The notes below the pieces were generated by a model that worked only from the letters and a program-made list of their open reading frames with translations, had not been told where the DNA came from and did not search any database. This document shows, piece by piece, positions 1 through 7,600 of a DNA stretch of 42,146 nucleotides. Location: positions 1 through 42,146 of IMG/VR virus record IMGVR_UViG_3300045988_179251. One strand, 5' to 3'. Position numbers and translations under genes: made by a program. How positions within the stretch are numbered: the stretch's first letter is position 1; every line of letters begins with the position of its first letter. Source of the DNA: a virus.

Positions 1-55
1 ATCGCGCCAAGGAAAATCGGCGCGCCGCCAACGAACGAGACGAGCTCGCCAAGGC
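1..55. repeat. Terminal overlap: 1-55 is identical to 42092-42146 (circular contig closure or terminal redundancy)
   Basis: Direct comparison of the two window ends. The scaffold-like ORF stays in frame across the junction. Confidence 0.95.
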
Positions 56-350
56 AATCGGCGACAAAGACGCCACAATCGAAGCCCTAAAAGCCAAGGT
101 GGCTGACTTTGAAACCGCCGCCAAAGTGCGCGAATGGTCCGCCAACGCAGCCGCAGAACACGGTATCAGCGCCGATTTGATCCGAGGAACAACCGAAGAC
201 GAAATCAATGCTCATGCTGCCGCAATCTCCAAGGCATTGCACGACGCTAAACCGTCCGTCGCCCCCGTGGTGCCACAGGCCGGAGCAACGCCCGACAATG
301 ACGGTGGGAATCTTGCAGAATTCGCTCGGAACGTTTTCGCCGGCGACTGA
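3..350 (+). CDS. Scaffolding-like protein, 3' part (bases 3-55 duplicate 42094-42146; the gene starts at 41956; 161 aa in total)
   Basis: Same frame as the 41956 ORF once the 55-bp overlap is removed. The protein is A/E/K/D-rich and helical-looking. It lies between the MuF-like and major capsid genes. Confidence 0.6.
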   Translation, partial: RAKENRRAANERDELAKAIGDKDATIEALKAKVADFETAAKVREWSANAAAEHGISADLIRGTTEDEINAHAAAISKALHDAKPSVAPVVPQAGATPDNDGGNLAEFARNVFAGD

Positions 351-409
351 CACAAGTACAGCCGCTATTCTAAAAAGTAAAACACTAAAAAGAAACGGAA
401 ATAACCATA

Positions 410-1342
410 ATGGCCGTGTTTGATTCAGGCAAGGCGAAGGTCCTCATGCCTCGGCAGGTCGCCGACGGCATCATTACTCGCACCCAGACTCTCTCCACCG
501 TCGCCAAGCTCAACGGCGGAATTCCCATGACCTTCGGCGATGTGGACATTATCACTTTCGACAACTTCCCGCGCGCCGAGTTTGTTGACGAGGGTGCCGA
601 AAAGGCACCCACGTACGGCGAGTTCGGCTATGTGACTGCTAAGCCGCACAAGGCGCAGGTCACTATGCGATTCAACGAGGAGGTCCAGTGGGCTGACGAG
701 GACTATCAGCTTGACGTCCTCAACCAGCTCGCCCAGAAGGGTAGTGAGGCGCTTTCTCGCGCCCTCGACCTCGGTCTTTACCACAGGGTTAACCCGTTGA
801 CCGGTGCCGTTATTGATGCGTGGACCAACTACTTGACCTCCACCACTAAGAATGTCGAGATCGGCACTACGGAGATGGACCAGGCGATCCGTCAGGCCGC
901 CGGACTCCTCATTAACGACAATGCCGCGCCGATCACCCCCACTGGTCTTGCGCTTGCCCCGTCCGCCGTTTGGGCGCTTGGTAGTCTGCAGACCAAGAAT
1001 GCTGACGGTTCCCCTTCGGGTACGTCGCGTTATCCGCAGATCGGCCTCGGCGTCGATATTGACAATTTCATGGGCCTTCCGGCCGCCGCCGGAAACACGG
1101 TTGCCGGCAAGCCTGAGGCGACCGCTGCCACCAATGTCGAGGGCATTGTCGGTGATTTCGTCGACGGCATTCGGTGGGGAATTCAGCGGTCTCTGCCGCT
1201 CGAGATCATCCGTTTCGGTGACCCGGACGGCCAGGGTGACCTGAAGCGCAGGAACCAGATCGCTCTGCGTCTTGAGATTCTGTACGCTTGGTATGTTTTC
1301 CCTGACAAGTTTGCGACGATTAAGACCAAGGCCGGCGCCTGA
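410..1342 (+). CDS. Major capsid protein (HK97-fold type)
   Basis: 310-aa ORF directly after the scaffold-like gene. Length, position and sequence character fit actinophage HK97-type capsid proteins (recollection, not search). Confidence 0.85.
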   Translation: MAVFDSGKAKVLMPRQVADGIITRTQTLSTVAKLNGGIPMTFGDVDIITFDNFPRAEFVDEGAEKAPTYGEFGYVTAKPHKAQVTMRFNEEVQWADEDYQLDVLNQLAQKGSEALSRALDLGLYHRVNPLTGAVIDAWTNYLTSTTKNVEIGTTEMDQAIRQAAGLLINDNAAPITPTGLALAPSAVWALGSLQTKNADGSPSGTSRYPQIGLGVDIDNFMGLPAAAGNTVAGKPEATAATNVEGIVGDFVDGIRWGIQRSLPLEIIRFGDPDGQGDLKRRNQIALRLEILYAWYVFPDKFATIKTKAGA

Positions 1343-1411
1343 TAAAATCGCCGTAAAGAAAAAGTAACACAACCCATCCAAATAAAATTTTTTCCAGGGG
1401 CGATTCCGGAA

Positions 1412-1627
1412 ATGCGATCCTATAAGCACCGAGACCACGATATTGTGATCCATCTCGCAGACGACCATAATGTGGCGCTCGGAGACGAATACACCGAAAT
1501 CACTCCCGGGAATGATGACGCCGGCGAGGCAGACGAGCCCTCTATCTCCTCTTCCCCCTCTCGCACTGCCTCGCCGGCACCAGCCCCTCGTCGGGGACGA
1601 GGCCGCCCCAGAAAGACGGTCAAATGA
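1412..1627 (+). CDS. Small acidic hypothetical protein with a C-terminal AT-hook-like motif (PRRGRGRPRK)
   Basis: 71-aa ORF. Its stop overlaps the next start (ATGA at 1624). The RGRP core is flanked by basic residues. Confidence 0.55.
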   Translation: MRSYKHRDHDIVIHLADDHNVALGDEYTEITPGNDDAGEADEPSISSSPSRTASPAPAPRRGRGRPRKTVK

Positions 1628-2109
1628 TTCCCGAGGATATTATTCCGTTCGCCACAGTCGAAGACCTGGAGGCACGGTGGCGGGCGCTCTCAGACAATGA
1701 ACGTATTCGCGCCGACGTACTCCTCGCCGACGCGACCGATCTCATCGTGTCGAAATGCCCCAGGTGGGAGTCCGCCACGCCTCGCACAAGGAAGCGTGTA
1801 GCGTGCGCCGTGGTGCGCCGCGCAATGCAGGGCGGCGATGCTATCGGTGGTGTTACAGACAGCGGCGGCGGAATCTACTCCGAGCCTCACGGGATTATCG
1901 CATCAGAATCGCACACGACCGGCCCGTTCTCCGATCAGTTCACGTATCAGAATCCCGAAGGCGGCCTCTACCTGAAGCGCGAGGAAAAAGACGCCCTCGG
2001 AGGTTCCGGCGGCGCATTCGAGGTAGACCTCCTGCAAGATTATGATGTACGATCCGCCACCGATCAGCTGATCGAAGACATTAACGCTATCAGCGGGCAG
2101 GAGCCATAA
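1624..2109 (+). CDS. Head-to-tail adaptor (Gp19/gp15/gp42-like connector)
   Basis: The N-terminus IIPFATVEDLEARWRALSDNE...ADVLLADATDLI is the usual signature of this adaptor family. The gene is translationally coupled on both sides. Confidence 0.7.
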   Translation: MIPEDIIPFATVEDLEARWRALSDNERIRADVLLADATDLIVSKCPRWESATPRTRKRVACAVVRRAMQGGDAIGGVTDSGGGIYSEPHGIIASESHTTGPFSDQFTYQNPEGGLYLKREEKDALGGSGGAFEVDLLQDYDVRSATDQLIEDINAISGQEP

Positions 2110-2438
2110 TGCTTTCAGGGTACGTGCCCGTTGTGCGGCGTAGGCGGGGCCCGACGTCGAAAGACCAGTACGGCAACCCCGTGCCAGGACAATGGGAAAA
2201 TGTTGCTTTGCCGCCCGCGGTGTTTGCCCCGGCCACGTCTACTGAGCCGATCAGTGCTGGGGCAATGCCTGTCACCGTGCCCGCCGCCCTTTACTGGCGG
2301 AATACCACAATTGACGTGACCGCAGAAGATCACCTCATTGTAGACGGTATAGAATACCGTGTCGAAGGGCGCCCTTCCCCATACCCTAAAGGGATGGTCG
2401 TGCAGATTCGCGCCAATGAAGATAAGGTGAGCGAATAA
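2109..2438 (+). CDS. Head-to-tail stopper / head closure protein
   Basis: 109 aa with a TAATG overlap. The DQYGNPV...W...EP...DHLIVDGIEYRVEG pattern is typical of head-tail joining proteins. Confidence 0.6.
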   Translation: MLSGYVPVVRRRRGPTSKDQYGNPVPGQWENVALPPAVFAPATSTEPISAGAMPVTVPAALYWRNTTIDVTAEDHLIVDGIEYRVEGRPSPYPKGMVVQIRANEDKVSE

Positions 2439-2692
2439 TGCCGAAAGTAAAATTTCAGCTCAACAGGGACGGTGTCGCCGATCTTCTGCGCGGTCCTGAT
2501 GTAGCCCGGACTGTGGCATTAGAGACGGGGCGTGTAGCCAATGCTGCCGGGCGGGGATTCGAGGGTGAGACGACGCACGGAAATCGAACCCGCGGATATG
2601 TTAGGGCGCGCACCATTGCCGCAATGCGCAGACAGATGAGAGAACACACGCTGGAGCGTGCGATCGGCCTCACAATGGGTGGCGGGAAATGA
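2438..2692 (+). CDS. Neck / head-tail joining protein (hypothetical)
   Basis: 84-aa ORF coupled by TAATG and ATGA overlaps. The call rests on position between stopper and tail terminator. Confidence 0.45.
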   Translation: MPKVKFQLNRDGVADLLRGPDVARTVALETGRVANAAGRGFEGETTHGNRTRGYVRARTIAAMRRQMREHTLERAIGLTMGGGK

Positions 2693-3078
2693 CACCAACA
2701 TACGATCGCGCTCCCGTGGTGCCGGACATAAAGAAACGGCTCATGGATTTCCTATCCGTACACGTGAGCGTGCCGATCGTGGGCCGCCGCCCCGAGAACC
2801 CCGATCGTCCCGCCGCATTCATTCGAGTCCTCTCCACCGGCGGCACCGGTGTCACTCAGAAAGCACTTTGTACTGCGCTGGAGACGATTGACGTCTACGC
2901 ACGGTCGTCAGGTGAGGCGATGAAAATCGCGTGCGAGGCCGTGAATGTGGCGCACACAATGCCTAACTATCGGGATGGTATAGTGATGGTACAATCATCC
3001 TATCCGATAGAAATGCCCGATCCGGACACGTCTCAGGCGAGGGCGACCGCAACATTAACAATTACAGCACACAGGTGA
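2689..3078 (+). CDS. Tail terminator-like protein
   Basis: 129 aa immediately upstream of the major tail gene. Sequence pattern resembles DUF3168/gpU-like terminators (recollection). Confidence 0.55.
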   Translation: MTPTYDRAPVVPDIKKRLMDFLSVHVSVPIVGRRPENPDRPAAFIRVLSTGGTGVTQKALCTALETIDVYARSSGEAMKIACEAVNVAHTMPNYRDGIVMVQSSYPIEMPDPDTSQARATATLTITAHR

Positions 3079-3085
3079 ACAAATA

Positions 3086-3670
3086 ATGGCTGTTAACGCT
3101 GACAATGCGCTTATTTTCTCGTCCGACAATGACGCGCTATGGCTGGGCGACTATGTCGAGAAGTTCGGCGAGAAGGTTACGTCACTCACCCAGGACCTCT
3201 CGGGTGTGACCGGTCTCACCAACGTTGGGTGGATTAGCGAGGACGGATTCAAGCTCACCTCCGACGACTCCGTCACCAAGATTAAAGGCCACCAGGGCCA
3301 CGGTGTCGTCAAGACCTTCCTTGACTCCTCGGAGACGACTTTCAGCGCCACTCTCCTGGAGACCATGCTCGCCCCGCTCTCCTGGTACCTTGACGCTACC
3401 AGTGAGAAGGTTGAGGACGGTGGTGCCACTAAGGGTGTGAAGATTACCGCGAAGTCGTCCCGTAAGGTTAAGCTTCTCTGCGGTGTCGCCGACTTTTTCG
3501 ACGTGTCTGGTGTGGGTGCGCAGATTCGTATTGTTTTCCCGCGTCTGGAGCTCGGTGAGCGCGGCGAGATCACTTTCCAGCAGGCTGAGATCACCGGCTA
3601 CGAGTACAACCTCTCCGTGCTGGGTGACTACATTATCTACTCAGACCACAAGGCCCTGTTCCCCGCCTGA
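3086..3670 (+). CDS. Major tail protein
   Basis: 194-aa ORF upstream of the G/GT chaperone pair and followed by a strong hairpin. This is the usual position and size. Confidence 0.7.
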   Translation: MAVNADNALIFSSDNDALWLGDYVEKFGEKVTSLTQDLSGVTGLTNVGWISEDGFKLTSDDSVTKIKGHQGHGVVKTFLDSSETTFSATLLETMLAPLSWYLDATSEKVEDGGATKGVKITAKSSRKVKLLCGVADFFDVSGVGAQIRIVFPRLELGERGEITFQQAEITGYEYNLSVLGDYIIYSDHKALFPA

Positions 3671-3678
3671 CAATAATA

Positions 3679-3729
3679 CTTCCCCGCTATTCCGTGTTTC
3701 GGATGGGTTGTCGCGGAATAGCGGGGAAG
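3679..3729 (+). terminator. 16-bp stem-loop after the major tail gene (attenuator or mRNA-stabiliser type; no U-tract)
   Basis: CTTCCCCGCTATTCCG (3679-3694) pairs perfectly with CGGAATAGCGGGGAAG (3714-3729). Confidence 0.5.
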
Positions 3730-3785
3730 ATCCAAAACAAACACAACCCACCACTTTATAAAACAAATTTTGAGGACAACCCATT

Positions 3786-4112
3786 ATGTCTGACAAGGAC
3801 ACGAAGAGCAAGGCAAAGGCCGCTGGAGCCAAGACACCGGCTGACAGGCTCGCCAAGGCGGAAGCCACGCGCGACCCGATTCACGTGGACTACGAGGGGA
3901 TCGAGTTTGATATTCCTCCGGAGGCCTTGGAAGACTTCCGTGCGTTCGAGGCCCTCGACGCCGGCAATCCGTTCCCGCTTTTCCGCCTCATTGTGGGCGA
4001 TCATAAGGATGAGGTCTACTCTGCTCTGGAGGACGAGAACGGTCGTGTCCCGATCGATGCAGTGACTGACTTTATGCAGTCAATCGTGTCCGAGGTGGGC
4101 GCGGGAAACTGA
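3786..4112 (+). CDS. Tail assembly chaperone (G-like)
   Basis: 108-aa acidic ORF between the major tail and tape measure genes. It ends just after a slippery heptamer. Confidence 0.8.
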   Translation: MSDKDTKSKAKAAGAKTPADRLAKAEATRDPIHVDYEGIEFDIPPEALEDFRAFEALDAGNPFPLFRLIVGDHKDEVYSALEDENGRVPIDAVTDFMQSIVSEVGAGN

Positions 4113-4507
4113 CAATTCTCCCACCACTACTCCGCGAGTATGGGTGGGAGATAGAAGCCGACCTGCAACGATACTACAACACCGATCTTCTAGATCTATA
4201 TCGAGGCAGAATAACCCCGCGGCGGGTAATGGCACTCATCGGCGGGCTACCGCCCGGGTCAACATTCGATAGGGCGCGAGGCGGAGACAGATACTGGTCC
4301 GACGAAGTAGCCGCCACAATAATGTCAGCACACAACATCCAAACCACATTGCTCGCCGTCAACAGCGTCAAGAAAGACAAATGGCCTGAAACACCGAAGC
4401 CACCGGCTGAAGGATATCGGGAAACCGGTAACCCCAGAGTGTCGAGCAAGCACGCTAAAGCACAGAAAGCCAAGGGTGAGAAATGGCTTGCCCGATACGG
4501 CAGATGA
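3786..4507 (+). CDS. Tail assembly chaperone frameshift product (GT-like), join(3786..4109,4109..4507)
   Basis: The -1 frame is open from 4109 to 4507 with no stop. This is the frame of the 4229-4507 track ORF. Confidence 0.75.
4103..4109 (+). promoter_or_regulatory. -1 programmed ribosomal frameshift slippery heptamer G_GGA_AAC
   Basis: Canonical X_XXY_YYZ in the zero frame, one codon before the G stop codon (4110-4112). Confidence 0.8.
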
Positions 4508-4530
4508 GCCGCGTTTCTATCGGATAGTGT

Positions 4531-4587
4531 AAAATGGTTCACGCCAAGACAAACACGAAAAACGGTTTGATTGGCGTGAACCATTTT
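4531..4587 (+). promoter_or_regulatory. Perfect 17-bp hairpin in the gap between the chaperone and tape measure genes
   Basis: AAAATGGTTCACGCCAA (4531-4547) pairs with TTGGCGTGAACCATTTT (4571-4587). The loop is 23 nt. Confidence 0.6.
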
Positions 4588-4615
4588 CGCTACACTTGAT
4601 TTCGGAGAGGTATCA

Positions 4616-7600
4616 ATGGCCGGATATGATCTCGGGACCGCATGGATTCAGATCAGCCCGTCCGTGCGAGGCCTCGCCCGAAGTATCAACAGCGAAATCG
4701 GTAACGTTGATACCGGGCCGGCCGAGAGAAAGATCACGTCCGGTTTGGGTGGTGCGTTCAAATCGGTGGCGAAAGTCGCCGGCGCCGCGCTCGGGGGACT
4801 CGCCATCGGCGGCATCGCCGTTGCGTTCGGCGGCGTCGCAAAAGAGGCATTCAATGCCGCCGACGCCACAATCAAATTCAAGCAAACGCTCGCATTCGCT
4901 GGCAAAAGTGCGGACGAAATCAACGCGCTCACAAAGAGCACGCGCTCCTACGCGGATCGCACGATTTATGAGCTTGACGATATTCAGTCAATCACCGCGC
5001 AGCTTGCATCCAACGGCGTCAAAGGTTACGATAAGCTCGCTGAGGCCGCCGGTAACCTGAACGCTGTTGCTGGCGGGAACGCTCAGACGTTCAAAACGGT
5101 CGGTCTCGTCATGACGCAGACCGCGGGTGCCGGAAAACTCACCACAGAGAACTGGAATCAGCTTTCCGACGCAATTCCAGGCGCGTCCGGTAAATTGCAG
5201 GAAGCCATGAAAAAGAATGGCGCCTACACAGGCAATTTCCGGGAAGCCATGGAAAAAGGTGAGATTACCGCCGAGGAATTCAACCAAGCAATCCTCGACC
5301 TCGGTATGGAGGACGTGGCCATTGAGGCCGCTACATCCACCAAAACCCTGGAGGGTGCTTGGGGAAATTTCAAAGCGACCCTTGTGACCGGGGCGCAGGA
5401 GATCGCCGAAAAAGCACTCCCCTGGATCACCGCATCCCTTGACGCCATGAGCAAAGGGTTCGAAAAAGTATTCAACTGGGTCAGTAACTCGTTTATCCCT
5501 AGCATTACGAATGCTTTCAACGTTATCCGCAAGGGTGACTTCACGGGCCCGATCTTCTCATTCGAGGAAGATTCAAGCTTCGTTGATTTTCTTTTCCGCA
5601 TGCGCGACGCCGCTGCTGCCGCGGGGGAATGGATCAACAAAACACTCGTCCCGTCGCTGAAGAATCTCAAAGATTTGCTTTTGTCCGGTGATTTCACGGG
5701 GACGATTTTCGGATTCGACAAAGACTCCGGAATCATCTCATACATCACCAACGTGCGCAACAGCTTTGTCGAGCTCGGCAAATTCATTGTCGGAACACTC
5801 GTCCCCGGGATCGCTACTGCTCTCAGCACCATCGCGAACAGCACCCTTGTCCAATTCATGGAGAATCTCACCGTCGCTATTCTCAACAGCAAAGTGGCGG
5901 TTTATAGCATTGCGGCCGCATTTACGGCGTGGAAGGCCGTCATGGTCATGTCCTCAATGCAGCAATGGCTAAATGACATGGAAGGCGTGGCCGGGGTTGC
6001 AGGGCGTGTCACCACGGCAATTAACGCAATGACCGTAGCGAAGATCAAAGATACGGTTGAGACCGCACAGCTTAACCTCATGTACGCCGGCGAATTCCTG
6101 TCAAATATCGCACGCGCAACGACACAGATCACGATGCAGGCGGTCGCGTGGGGTAGGGCCACAGCAATGATGGTCCTCCACAAGACAGCAACAATCGCCT
6201 CGACCGCGGCGCAGTGGGCATTCAACGCGGCGATGGACGCTAACCCGATCGGTCTTGTTGTGATCGCTATCGCAGCATTGGTTGCGGCAATTATTGTGGC
6301 ATGGCAGAACTCCGAAACATTCCGGAATGTCGTCATTTCTTGTTGGGAAGCAATCAAAACAGCCGCTGGGGCCGTGGCCGATTGGTTCGCCGCTAACGTA
6401 TGGCCTCTCATGCAAGTCGCCTGGGACGGGATTGTGGCAGGCGCCCAGTGGATGTGGGGCGTCATGGTATCCGTATGGCAGGGAATGCAGCCTGTTATTC
6501 AGGCGGTCATTGACTGGATCGTCGGCACCGCGTGGCCGGCACTTCAAACGGCATGGGACGGAATCGTCGCCGGCGCCCAATGGGTGTGGAACGGCATCGT
6601 CGGTGCATGGCAAGGAATACAGCCCGTCATTCAAGCCGTCGTCGACTGGGTCGTAAATACTGCGTGGCCCAACCTTCAGGCCGCCTGGGACGGCATTTCT
6701 GCAGGCGCAATGATCGTCTGGAACGGGATGGTAGCCGCATGGCAAGGGATCAGCGACATAATCCGGCCAGTCGTCGATTGGATTGTCAACGTCGCTGCCC
6801 TGTACCTCACCACGGCATGGGATGCTATCAGCTGGGGCGTGAGCGCGCTCTGGTCCACGATTCAGTGGGCATGGGACGCCATTTGGGCGGCAATCATGCC
6901 CGTCGCCACACAAATCTACAACGACATTTGGCCCATGGTGGTCGGCGCGTTCAATGCGATTAAAGACACCGCCAGTATGATGTGGGCCGATATTCAGATC
7001 GCTTGGACCGCCATTCAAACCGCAATTCAGCCCGTTGCGGATTGGATTTACAACACGGTTTGGCCTTGGGTGGTAGGCGCGTTCAACGCGATCAAGGATA
7101 CTGCCGCTAACATGTGGTCTAATATTCAGGTTGCATGGGCTGCGATTCAGGCTGCTATGCAGCCGGTAGTCGAATGGATCTACTATACCGCGTGGCCGTG
7201 GGTTGTAGATGCGTTCAATACGATCAAGGATGCGGCGTCCAATCTTTGGGGCACGGTCCAGGCCGCATGGACCTCAATTCAAGCTGCTATGCAGCCCGTC
7301 GTGGAATGGATCTACTACACTGCCTGGCCCTGGGTAGTCGACACGTTCAACACGATCAAAGACACGGCCTCCGCTCTTTGGGGCACCATATCAGCGGCAT
7401 GGAATGGTATTTGGGCCACTATTCAGCCCGTCGTGGAATGGATCTACAATATTGCATGGCCGTGGGTAGTCGGAGCATTCAACGCCATTAAAGACACCGC
7501 GTCTATTATGTGGGGCTCCCTATCGGCGACATGGAATGGTATTTGGGCCGTTATGCAGCCTGTGGTGAATTGGATTCAAACCTACGCCGCACCCGTTATT

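Noticed and set aside
425-1468. 347-aa minus-strand ORF antisense to the major capsid gene
   Set aside because: It fully overlaps a confident + strand capsid gene, gives an Arg/Gly-rich shadow-frame translation, and has no partner genes on that strand.
4174-4584. 136-aa minus-strand ORF across the GT chaperone region
   Set aside because: It is antisense to the frameshift-extended chaperone frame, runs into the 17-bp hairpin, and has no supporting features.
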